From NCBI GenBank assembly GCA_964586485.1, contig CAZPII010000001.1, forward strand, positions 2,334 through 66,333: 64,000 nucleotides of DNA, in the 5' to 3' direction. Positions 35,908 through 45,061 of this stretch are shown here, piece by piece. Below the pieces are notes generated by a model. That model had not been told where the DNA came from, searched no databases, and saw only the letters and a list, made by a program, of their open reading frames with translations. The stretch comes from an uncultured Atribacterota bacterium (GTDB lineage: Bacteria; Atribacterota; Phoenicimicrobiia; Phoenicimicrobiales; Stramentimicrobiaceae). How positions within the stretch are numbered: the first letter of the stretch is position 1; each line of letters starts with the position of its first letter. The translations under genes and the position numbers were made by a program.

Positions 35908-38550
35908 ATGACCCAAAGAGATTATCCAGATGGCTGGAGTAATAAAGGTGACAAAGGGCATTTAAAAGATGCTTATAATGAGTATAAAAATTATTATCGT
36001 GTTTTTCAAGAACATAGTCAGCCAGCTATAGAACAAGATGTAAACGAAGCCAAAAAGATAGAAGAAAATTTTTTTACAAGATTCCTTCATGATTTTTTTC
36101 CTAATTATTTTATAGGTGAATCATTTAAAATTGAAGCTAATGGTGTCGATAATGATTTTTCAATTCAAGGTGGCATAGGTTTTGAAGGTGTCGATTTTGA
36201 ATTTAATAACAGGGCATATATTCATGGTATGCCTGTTGTTATATGTGAAAACATTACATATAAAACACAAGACATTTCTCAGCCTGCATTAGCCCCGCCA
36301 CCTTCAGGCACGAGAGAAGATATAGTTTATATTGACGCTTGGTTAAAAGAAGTAGATTATACCGACGATGAAGACATAGAATATGAACCTGTCAATAAAG
36401 GTTTTACAACAAGATTAAAAATGATAGCAGAAATAAAAGTTGCTCAAGGCGGCAGGCCAGTAGAAAGATATATTGATTCAAATGGTTTAGAACACTATAC
36501 AGCTGTTATTGCTAAGCTAGAGCGTGATACAGGAAATTCAATTACTTCTGGTATGATAACTGATTTACGATCTAAAACTAATACCTTTGCTTATGTTCAA
36601 AGTTCTAATTCAGAGACATTTGCTTTATCTGACGGGTCTAGTTTATCGGTTAATATCAATGAGGCAGGCGTTCAAACCATAACATTTTTAGAAACAGATT
36701 TTAATGATATTGGCCTAGCAACAGCGGATGAAGTTGTTAAAGTTATATCAAGAGATTTAGTTGATGGTATAGCTTATAAAGATAAAGATGGAAAAATATT
36801 TATAAGATCTAATGATCATGGTATAAATTCATCTGTTGAAATAACAGGTGGCTCAGCAAACACTCAATTCGGTTTTTCAACAAGTTCTGTGTCTGGTGAA
36901 GACGGAAATCTTTTACCAACATTTTTTACACAGCAAGGTTTAGTAAAAGCTTTGGGTGATTCATTAATATCAGGTATTAGTGGCGAAGGTGATGCCGGGA
37001 CTTTTACAGAAACAAATCATTTAAAAATAGTTGGCGGAACCAACATATTAACAACACTGTCAAATGACGGTGATGACGGAAAGATTGAAATATCTGTAGA
37101 CGGCCTTGAGCAAGGTATATCAAATTTACATGCTGACGGAGGTATGGCTAATCCGGCAGCTAACGCTACAACACTAAGGATTTTAGGTGGAACAAATTGC
37201 GCCACAGAATTAACCCAGAATGATGATAATGATTTCACTTTAACTATTAATGCGACCGGTGGTGGCGGATTAGGTGGAAGTGGATCATATAAAAGAATAG
37301 ATAAAGTTTCATCAGATGGTGTTGATCAGGGCGATGGATATTTCAGATTTGATCTTGGGGTTGGTAATGAATATATGGTTGGGCAATCTAATCCTTGTCC
37401 ATTAATTGTTTTTCAAGGTGTTGATCATCTTCACGAAGGCGAGACAAAAGACTGGAAACCTGTTGGCGCCACTGGTGTGCCGTCATCCTTTGTTGATATC
37501 GCTGGCCCTATTAGTCCTAATAATAATTACGCTTTTTATGTTTTAATTGAGCAAGAGACAGGTATAAGTGGCTCTGGTAATACCGGAACATTTACTAATT
37601 GCAGTGATATTCAAGTTATTGGTGGTCAATCATTAAATGTTGTTGCTTCTGAACCTTCACCTGCTAATGGCAAATTTCAAATAGATGTTGTAGGCAGCCT
37701 TGTTGATGGTAGTGATGCTTCGTCTAAGCATCATCATAATTCACTTTATGCTACAGTTGGGCATACTCATTCTGAAATTAATGAAATGCAAAGTATACTT
37801 AGATATTACGCCAACAACATGAAATTATTTTTAGATGTAATGGATAGGCCGCTCGGTCCTTGGTCAACCCTAGGTTCCACAAGAGTATTAATTAGAGATA
37901 ATTATAATGAATATACGGTAAATGGCCTATATACTGGTGGTGATTATTATCTTAGAGGTTTAAATACAAATTTAGTATGGGATATATCTACTGTCAATGA
38001 CAGAGGGAGTTCACCAAAATACTGGGATCTGTATATAAGATGGGATGGTGGAAATATTGTTAAAGAATGGTCATATGCCGGTGATACACCTTATAGTACA
38101 AAATCAGGTGCTCCAGATGAATGGCTGTGTATAGGCAGTATTTATGGTATCAAAAATGGATCATCATTTGGTATTTTTGATGTTGATTCTATTTTTGATA
38201 AACAAGAAATTTGGTATAATCGCGAAACATCGTCGGCAGTTAATGATGTGATAGTAACAAAGGGGAATTTCGGCAAAAGATGTTTAGTTTATGCTAGCGC
38301 TTATATAAATGGATCTGGTTCGCAATTATTCCTGACATTAACTTTATGTGGCCGTCCATATTATCAACAAAGCTCCTCAAATCCCATAGGGCCGGCTCCT
38401 TTTGATCATGGCGGTTGTTCTATGGCGGCATTGGAATTTGCTCAAGGTACTCAAGGTACCATAGTTGCATATAGCATACTTACACAATACAAGTACGGCG
38501 CCAATATAGCGAGGGAGGGGGCGCTGGTTGTTTATAAAAAAGTAATATAA
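35908..38550 (+). CDS. tail fibre-like protein (880 aa)
   Basis: AAAGGAG RBS. Gly-rich linker GGGGLGGSG and His motifs SKHHHNSLYATVGHTHSEI. Carries the shared ~90-aa module at about 36616-36900. Confidence 0.55.
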   Translation: MTQRDYPDGWSNKGDKGHLKDAYNEYKNYYRVFQEHSQPAIEQDVNEAKKIEENFFTRFLHDFFPNYFIGESFKIEANGVDNDFSIQGGIGFEGVDFEFNNRAYIHGMPVVICENITYKTQDISQPALAPPPSGTREDIVYIDAWLKEVDYTDDEDIEYEPVNKGFTTRLKMIAEIKVAQGGRPVERYIDSNGLEHYTAVIAKLERDTGNSITSGMITDLRSKTNTFAYVQSSNSETFALSDGSSLSVNINEAGVQTITFLETDFNDIGLATADEVVKVISRDLVDGIAYKDKDGKIFIRSNDHGINSSVEITGGSANTQFGFSTSSVSGEDGNLLPTFFTQQGLVKALGDSLISGISGEGDAGTFTETNHLKIVGGTNILTTLSNDGDDGKIEISVDGLEQGISNLHADGGMANPAANATTLRILGGTNCATELTQNDDNDFTLTINATGGGGLGGSGSYKRIDKVSSDGVDQGDGYFRFDLGVGNEYMVGQSNPCPLIVFQGVDHLHEGETKDWKPVGATGVPSSFVDIAGPISPNNNYAFYVLIEQETGISGSGNTGTFTNCSDIQVIGGQSLNVVASEPSPANGKFQIDVVGSLVDGSDASSKHHHNSLYATVGHTHSEINEMQSILRYYANNMKLFLDVMDRPLGPWSTLGSTRVLIRDNYNEYTVNGLYTGGDYYLRGLNTNLVWDISTVNDRGSSPKYWDLYIRWDGGNIVKEWSYAGDTPYSTKSGAPDEWLCIGSIYGIKNGSSFGIFDVDSIFDKQEIWYNRETSSAVNDVIVTKGNFGKRCLVYASAYINGSGSQLFLTLTLCGRPYYQQSSSNPIGPAPFDHGGCSMAALEFAQGTQGTIVAYSILTQYKYGANIAREGALVVYKKVI

Positions 38551-38560
38551 GGAGTGATTT

Positions 38561-39448
38561 ATGGGCGGTTCTTTTTCACAAAAAACAAATTTAGAAACAA
38601 TAAAAGATTCAGCATATATAGATGATTTTGATTCTACAAAATTTGATTCTGTTTTTAATGATGGGACAATAAGTGGATCCTCAGCGCATCATCATAATGA
38701 CCTATATATATCATCATCTGTTACTTATAATGATATGTTCTTAAATGAATTTGGTTTTACACCTAATTTATTTTTAGAAATAGGTGATTCTGGTGGTAAT
38801 ACAGGCAGTGATATTATTATTAATGCCAGTGTTGATAACAGTGTTTCAGTTAACATTAATGATACTCTATATACTAATGAATCACAGGTTGCATATTCTA
38901 TTTTTGGTTCTGGTTTAACAGTTGATAAATTTTATGACGTTTATGTCACTAATGATGGATCTAATTTTATAATTGATTTAAATTGTGTTGTTTTATCTGG
39001 TGACACGCCTTATCAATCGACTAATCCTGATCCTAATTTTTATACTAGAGTTGGATCTGCATTTATAACATCTGATATAGCCGGGACTGATCTGGCTATT
39101 TATTGTGCTGATACTGAAAACTCTAAAAGAGGTTATAGATGTTATCCTGAAAAAGTCAACGATGCGTCGAGAACATTAATTCCTGTTTTTAAACCAAGTA
39201 ATGTCTCAATGAACCTTTATGCTCCATCCGGTATAGACGATTTTGTTAGCTTAGAATATGTGATATCACCATATACATTTATTCTTTATTCTGATCCTGA
39301 TCTAACAAATGCTGATTCTGATAGCATATCATTTTATATTGATACACCGGGCCTATATGATGTTAATACTGAAATTAATGCTGGTAGTATTGATTATTCT
39401 TTGATAACAAACATAAATCCTCTAGTTATTAATAGTTATATAATTTAA
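38561..39448 (+). CDS. tail fibre-like protein (295 aa)
   Basis: AAGGAG RBS. SSAHHHNDLYISS motif shared with the upstream fibre. Confidence 0.4.
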   Translation: MGGSFSQKTNLETIKDSAYIDDFDSTKFDSVFNDGTISGSSAHHHNDLYISSSVTYNDMFLNEFGFTPNLFLEIGDSGGNTGSDIIINASVDNSVSVNINDTLYTNESQVAYSIFGSGLTVDKFYDVYVTNDGSNFIIDLNCVVLSGDTPYQSTNPDPNFYTRVGSAFITSDIAGTDLAIYCADTENSKRGYRCYPEKVNDASRTLIPVFKPSNVSMNLYAPSGIDDFVSLEYVISPYTFILYSDPDLTNADSDSISFYIDTPGLYDVNTEINAGSIDYSLITNINPLVINSYII

Positions 39449-39459
39449 AGGAGCTAGTA

Positions 39460-39885
39460 ATGCAAATAGTTGAACTAAATAAATCACAAAGCCTTATAAG
39501 TGCTTGGAAATTACAAAATCTTTTATTAACTGTAACAAGGCAGGACAATGATAAGGTTTATGTTAATGTTGCTGATGATCTTGGTGTTGATTTGGCAGTG
39601 ATGCAAGATATATTAGATAATTTAGATTCATTGCCTCCTCCATCTTATGTTCAGGTTTGTCTAACTGATATCATTTCTTCCTGTGAGACAATTGATATTC
39701 CAATTATAACAGAAGATAGTTTTTATAAAGCTTTGTTTTCTCAACAAAAAGATGGATCTGTTAAATTTAATTTATCACTGGCTCAAAGTTTTGTTGATCA
39801 TTTAGATTCAAATACTACGTTAACTGATCTTTCTGTTTCTGGTGTTAAAAATGTTTTTGTAAATTTAGGATTATTAATTACGTAA
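39460..39885 (+). CDS. hypothetical protein (141 aa)
   Basis: AAAGGAG RBS. Confidence 0.4.
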   Translation: MQIVELNKSQSLISAWKLQNLLLTVTRQDNDKVYVNVADDLGVDLAVMQDILDNLDSLPPPSYVQVCLTDIISSCETIDIPIITEDSFYKALFSQQKDGSVKFNLSLAQSFVDHLDSNTTLTDLSVSGVKNVFVNLGLLIT

Positions 39886-39898
39886 GAAAGAGGTTAAA

Positions 39899-40297
39899 AT
39901 GTTACAAGTTATTCTTAGTGGCCTTGAGACAATAAATGTAACCTCTTATAAACGTTTAGAGGTTTCTTTATTGTCTCAAGATGGTTATAAAATACCATAT
40001 AGAAATTTACTTAAAAAAATAAAAGGCGAAAGACCTCTTCCTATTATGATTAAATTTAATTCTGAGTTACCTGAAGGCTCTGTTGTTTATGCTGAAATAG
40101 ATGGTAAGAACAAAAGAGAATGTCAACCTGTCAGTAGTGAATTTGGTCTTTATCAGTTAAGTTTTTTTGCCGATGATTTTTTAACTGTTGGAGTAAAACC
40201 TTTACGTATTTATTTTAAAATTGATAGTCAAAATATTTTAGAATATGTACAAGAAAAATTTGATTTTGAAGTCTCATATAAAGAAAGGCAGGTTTAA
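39899..40297 (+). CDS. hypothetical protein (132 aa)
   Basis: AGAGG RBS. Confidence 0.4.
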   Translation: MLQVILSGLETINVTSYKRLEVSLLSQDGYKIPYRNLLKKIKGERPLPIMIKFNSELPEGSVVYAEIDGKNKRECQPVSSEFGLYQLSFFADDFLTVGVKPLRIYFKIDSQNILEYVQEKFDFEVSYKERQV

Positions 40298-40300
40298 AAT

Positions 40301-40690
40301 ATGAGTGAAATTCTTTTAAGAGTCAGGGATACAAATACTCAGGAAACATATGATCCTTATTTTGAGTTAAAAAATGTTGACGGTAATGACTATGCTGTTA
40401 TGTCAATGAACATCAATCAACCAAGGGCTATATCTTTTTTTGAAGATGAAATTGATAATAATGGAACACCTTTAACATTTGCTTATCCAACACTTTCAAT
40501 TAGTGTAACGAATAAAAGCAAGGGTGTTAGCGCTCCTAATCTTATGGTTTCTTTAGATTCAGGCTCAACATATGGCACAATTGAGCCCGGTGAATCATTA
40601 GTATTTGATGTTAGTAGAAACTCTATAATAATAAAATCAGAAAGCGAGTCATTACCGGCAAGGTATAGAGTTTCTTACGGATTTAGATAA
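40301..40690 (+). CDS. hypothetical protein (129 aa)
   Basis: ORF track; tightly packed with neighbours. Confidence 0.4.
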   Translation: MSEILLRVRDTNTQETYDPYFELKNVDGNDYAVMSMNINQPRAISFFEDEIDNNGTPLTFAYPTLSISVTNKSKGVSAPNLMVSLDSGSTYGTIEPGESLVFDVSRNSIIIKSESESLPARYRVSYGFR

Positions 40691-40722
40691 AATATAGTTA
40701 TAATTATTTATGAGGAGTTATC

Positions 40723-43188
40723 ATGTCAAACAAAATCAATTTGCCAGAATTACCCAAACACTTGGGTTTTGGTGGAACAGCAATAGATAAGTTCGTACCG
40801 GTTTTTCTCCAAGAAATAAAAGATCAATTAGAAGGTTTTGATGTCAGTGTTAATCCTTTAAATTTCAAAGGTGGCTGGGACGCGGACGCCAACGATCCTG
40901 AATTATCTGATGATGGCGGGGGCGGAGATGCGAACGATTTTTATATTGTAGAAACAGCTGGAAGCTCAGAGATTGATGGTATTAATGATTGGCAATTAAA
41001 AGATTGGATTATTAATACTGGCGAAAAATGGGTTAAAATTGATAATACGGATTTAGTTGTTTCTATATGTGACAAGACTGGTGTTGTTACACTTGATGGT
41101 GAAGACATTGATTATGATAACACTACAAGCGGCTTGACGGCAGAAGAAGTGCAGGCGGCCATTGATGAAATTGTTACTTTGATTCCTTCAGTTTCTAATT
41201 TTATTTCACAAGAGCTGATCGATGCAAAAGGCGATCTACTTGTTGGTTCATCTGATAATACTGTTGCCAAATTATCAGCCGGATCAAATGGTCAATTTTT
41301 ACAATCTGACGACACACAAGTAAATGGTGTTAAATGGGCCGACGTATCTTCCACTGAGCAAACGTATTATGTTGCTAATAATGGTGCTGAATTAGATGCC
41401 GCTATTGTTGCGCTGAATTCTGTTGGTGGTGGTATAATTCAATTAGCCGGACCAGATATATCATATTCACCCGCTGATAATAGAAATATTAGTAATATTC
41501 ATATTATCGGTAGTACAACTGGCATCGCAATGACAAAAATAACATTCAATAATGCTAATTATTGGTATGGTGATAATATTAATTTATCTCATATTAGAAT
41601 AGATCCATATTTGACAAATCCAGTTATTAAGTTGGTTTCTGCAAATGCAGCATTTATGCGTCTGGATAAAATTCAACATAGAGGAAGTCCAGTTGAATTT
41701 CAAATTGACGCCGATATTCCGGCATTATATATGTGGGCTGAACAGGTTGTTAGTTGCAAATTTAAAAATTCATCAAATACTACAGCTTATCTTTTTGACA
41801 ACTCTAATATAACATTTGAAGGTGGAACAGTTTATATTGATGATACAAGCACATCATCTGGCCAAACTACTCAGAATTTAATGTCGGTTGCAGAAAAAAA
41901 TAGTTATAATAATTCAGGCTCTGGTTTATCAGCTATAAATGTTCAGAACGCTATTGATGAAGTTAACACAAGGGTTACAGTTTTAGGTGCAAGAACATAT
42001 GAGGATCAGGTTTTACATGATGTAAAAGCTCTTGGCGATGCCACGCCTGATGTGGTTTTGACCGGAACTGCCGCTGGTGATCTTCAGACTGCTTTAGACA
42101 ATTTAAATGAAGGCGAAATCCTTCAGATTGATACAAGCGCTGTTTATTCTCCTATTTTGTTACCAGCAACAAACGGGATTAAAGTAAAAGTTGGCGACGG
42201 CTTTTTACCGTCAATAACAGGTGCAAATTGTATTAAGATTCCAGACGGATTAACAAACCAAATCATTTCCGGTATACTTATTGAAAATTGTACAACCGCA
42301 AGGCAAAATGAGTATGGTGCCGGTATTGCTCTGGAACATCAAGCAAAATTTGATAATTTAATATTTTGGAATATAACGATTCAAAATGTTCTATCTGGCT
42401 CTGGCGTTATGTTGAGCTACCATCAATCAATAAGCGGTGACAATTATGCTACGGCAAGTCTTTTATCTGAAATGTCAACTAAGTTAGCTTTTGTTGATTG
42501 TTTCTTGCATAAAGCTGTTAACGAAAAAATAGAAGGCGCAAGTATAGCTGTTAGAGGTATTAATAAACCTTATTTCCACAAAGTCCATTGTGATTCACAA
42601 GATCAGGGGAGAGGAATATCTCTACAAAATTGTATAAATATATTACTTGATGGAAATAAAATCATTAATACTCAAGATGGAAATGGCGGTGAAGCAATCA
42701 AAGTAGATGCCATTGGTTCACCTTCCGGATATACAAATACTGGAATTATTAAAAATAATATTTGCGCTTACGCAATTGAAGGTATTGATTTAGATGATAT
42801 GGTTGATGCTTTAGTTTATAACAATACCACTTGGAATTGTACAGGAGATGGTATATCATTTGATGACAGTGCCGTATCTGGCGTTGCATTAAATAATATT
42901 TGTTTTAATTCTGAAAATGGTATTAGAATTGAATCAGGTGCAATTGATGTATTTTTGAAGAAAAATGTTTGTTTTAATAACACGACTAATTATAATGTTC
43001 CAGTTGCTTATACGTTATGCCCGTCTAATTCAAATACAATGATGGATATGTTTAATGGTTCAAATTCTATACCATTTGTTGCCGATACGCCGGCAAATTG
43101 GGCAACATCAGTTCCATTAAACGCGCTTGATGCAATTAATAGAATTGCTAATGATTTAGCTACATTAGCAGGTGCTCCAATATCATAA
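40723..43188 (+). CDS. tail fibre/spike with right-handed beta-helix (pectate-lyase-like) region
   Basis: GAGGAG RBS. Repeated N-rich rungs (NNICAYAIEGIDLDD, NNTTWNCTGDGISFDD, NNICFNSENGIRIESG, KNVCFNNT) are typical of PbH1 repeats. Confidence 0.6.
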   Translation: MSNKINLPELPKHLGFGGTAIDKFVPVFLQEIKDQLEGFDVSVNPLNFKGGWDADANDPELSDDGGGGDANDFYIVETAGSSEIDGINDWQLKDWIINTGEKWVKIDNTDLVVSICDKTGVVTLDGEDIDYDNTTSGLTAEEVQAAIDEIVTLIPSVSNFISQELIDAKGDLLVGSSDNTVAKLSAGSNGQFLQSDDTQVNGVKWADVSSTEQTYYVANNGAELDAAIVALNSVGGGIIQLAGPDISYSPADNRNISNIHIIGSTTGIAMTKITFNNANYWYGDNINLSHIRIDPYLTNPVIKLVSANAAFMRLDKIQHRGSPVEFQIDADIPALYMWAEQVVSCKFKNSSNTTAYLFDNSNITFEGGTVYIDDTSTSSGQTTQNLMSVAEKNSYNNSGSGLSAINVQNAIDEVNTRVTVLGARTYEDQVLHDVKALGDATPDVVLTGTAAGDLQTALDNLNEGEILQIDTSAVYSPILLPATNGIKVKVGDGFLPSITGANCIKIPDGLTNQIISGILIENCTTARQNEYGAGIALEHQAKFDNLIFWNITIQNVLSGSGVMLSYHQSISGDNYATASLLSEMSTKLAFVDCFLHKAVNEKIEGASIAVRGINKPYFHKVHCDSQDQGRGISLQNCINILLDGNKIINTQDGNGGEAIKVDAIGSPSGYTNTGIIKNNICAYAIEGIDLDDMVDALVYNNTTWNCTGDGISFDDSAVSGVALNNICFNSENGIRIESGAIDVFLKKNVCFNNTTNYNVPVAYTLCPSNSNTMMDMFNGSNSIPFVADTPANWATSVPLNALDAINRIANDLATLAGAPIS

Positions 43189-43973
43189 TGTATAATTTAA
43201 TTTTAGGCTCCGGCGGTGTCCGGGGGTTTTCTCAAATTGGCGTTATTAGAGCCATTGAAAAATTAGAGCTGCCTATTGATAAAGTTTGCGGTGTTTCAAT
43301 AGGCGCTCTAATTGGCGCTTTTTATACTAATGGCTGGAATAGTTATGAAATAGAAAATTGGTTAATAGATAAAAACTTCTATTATCTTATTCTAAGAAAT
43401 CCTTTGATAGTATTTAAAGAAATGATCAAATATCAAAGATTTATGCCGCCATTTACAACAAAAAGAATAGTTAGATTAATTTTAGATGAAGATATAATAC
43501 ATAGAAATAATTTTTATGTTGCAATAGCAAATAGAACTGGGCGCAAAACGGAAATTTATAACAATACATCTTTAAGAACTTTAGAGCAACTTTTAAGTGC
43601 CACAGCAGCTATACCAGCGTTTTTTGAGCCTATATTCATTGATGGTTGCAGGTATTGTGATGGTGGAACATATATAGGAAATTGTCCAGTTGATATATTT
43701 AATGATAATAATACTAATATTGCTATTCAAATAAGTAAACCTTCTGTAAAACCAGATAGTGTTGGATTAGTTTCCGATATGCTTGATTCTATAGAGGGGT
43801 TACAATATAACATTTATTTAGAGCAGTTAGATGATTCTAAAAAAGAAATAATTATAGAGCCAGATTGCACTCATGTTAATTCAATCGATTTTCATATTGG
43901 TTTAAAAGATAGAAAGAAATTAATTGATATAGGATATAAGTATGCCCTGCAATGTTTAAAGGGAGTTGATTAA
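43188..43973 (+). CDS. patatin-like phospholipase
   Basis: GSGGVRG (aa 7-13), GVSIG (aa 35-39, GxSxG) and CDGG (aa 157-160). TAATG overlaps at both ends. Confidence 0.85.
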   Translation: MYNLILGSGGVRGFSQIGVIRAIEKLELPIDKVCGVSIGALIGAFYTNGWNSYEIENWLIDKNFYYLILRNPLIVFKEMIKYQRFMPPFTTKRIVRLILDEDIIHRNNFYVAIANRTGRKTEIYNNTSLRTLEQLLSATAAIPAFFEPIFIDGCRYCDGGTYIGNCPVDIFNDNNTNIAIQISKPSVKPDSVGLVSDMLDSIEGLQYNIYLEQLDDSKKEIIIEPDCTHVNSIDFHIGLKDRKKLIDIGYKYALQCLKGVD

Positions 43974-45049
43974 TGACTAGAATTAGAATAAGTTCTCCAT
44001 ATATTAATCCAAATAAAACATTAGAAAAATATGGGAATTATGTTACCGTTGACAATACTGGCGGCGGTGATTACGAGGATTTTCAATCTGCTTTAGACGC
44101 AATTATTGATGCAGATGAAGATAATAAATATATTGTAGCCGGCTATGGGCGAGGTGTATATTCAGGTCAAATTATCTTAGATAAACCTTTTATTAAATTG
44201 GCCTTTATGAATCCTATAGTTATTGAATCTGATCAGTCTCCAGTTTTAAAAATATCTAATAATTATGAATTACACGAAAACCTATATATTAGATCAATTA
44301 ACACTACATTAAATACCGACACAGTTTTATTGGAAACTCTTTGCAGCCCCGGGTTTTATAATAGTGTATTTTACGGAAAAAACGGGGCTTTTTCTTTAAG
44401 AATTAATGAAGCAGTTGTAGAATTAAATGATGTTAAATGTAATAGTAATTATAATTCGATAAAAATTGAAAACTCTGGTGTTTTAGTTTTTAAAGAAGGT
44501 GAAATAAATTCTGGCACTTCTTATAAAGATATAATTCAAGAGGTTTTATCAACTGTAAAATTAGGTCAAGTTCAATATAATAATAATAATAATAAATTAA
44601 CTTTAGATGGTACGCTTGAATTATTATCTAAAGCTTTTAATATTGAATTTGATAATAGTAATGTATCGCTTAAAAATGATCCAGAAAATGTACAAGATGC
44701 AATTGAAGCTTTATTTAAAAACTCTATTAAATCAAAACAGGTTAATAATTCAATCTCGCCTTATTATATTGACACTAAAGATAAATTGCTATACATTGAT
44801 TCTGGATCTGGCGCTATAACTTTATATATGCCTGAAGTTTCTCGGGTTGAATTCCAAGAGTTTGATATTTATGTTTCTAATTATGTGAATAATATTACTG
44901 TTTTAACTCAGGGTGGTGATTATTTTTATAAAAGTTTCTCATCATCAAATCAAGCTATTTTAAAAAATCAAAATTCAATTTTAAAGCTTAAGGCTTTAAA
45001 AGATCATGTTTTTGAAATATCAAGTTCAGTAGAAGTAAATTTTAGTTAA
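43973..45049 (+). CDS. beta-helix-like protein (pectinesterase/pectin-lyase-fold N-terminal signature)
   Basis: VTVDNTGGGDYEDFQSALDAIIDADEDNKYIVAGYGRGVYSGQIILDKPFIKLAF resembles the start of pectin-lyase-fold enzymes. Confidence 0.4.
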   Translation: MTRIRISSPYINPNKTLEKYGNYVTVDNTGGGDYEDFQSALDAIIDADEDNKYIVAGYGRGVYSGQIILDKPFIKLAFMNPIVIESDQSPVLKISNNYELHENLYIRSINTTLNTDTVLLETLCSPGFYNSVFYGKNGAFSLRINEAVVELNDVKCNSNYNSIKIENSGVLVFKEGEINSGTSYKDIIQEVLSTVKLGQVQYNNNNNKLTLDGTLELLSKAFNIEFDNSNVSLKNDPENVQDAIEALFKNSIKSKQVNNSISPYYIDTKDKLLYIDSGSGAITLYMPEVSRVEFQEFDIYVSNYVNNITVLTQGGDYFYKSFSSSNQAILKNQNSILKLKALKDHVFEISSSVEVNFS

Positions 45050-45061
45050 AAGGAGAATTTT

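Noticed and set aside
27565-37238. Nested ORFs 27565(-), 31473(-), 32403(-), 33266(-), 34557(+ alternative frame) and 37017(-)
   Set aside because: All lie inside baseplate or fibre genes with recognisable signatures.
43188-43973. Patatin as a CBASS or other abortive-infection effector
   Set aside because: There is no cyclase, sensor, SAVED/STING-type or other defence partner nearby. The gene is translationally coupled to fibre genes inside the late operon.
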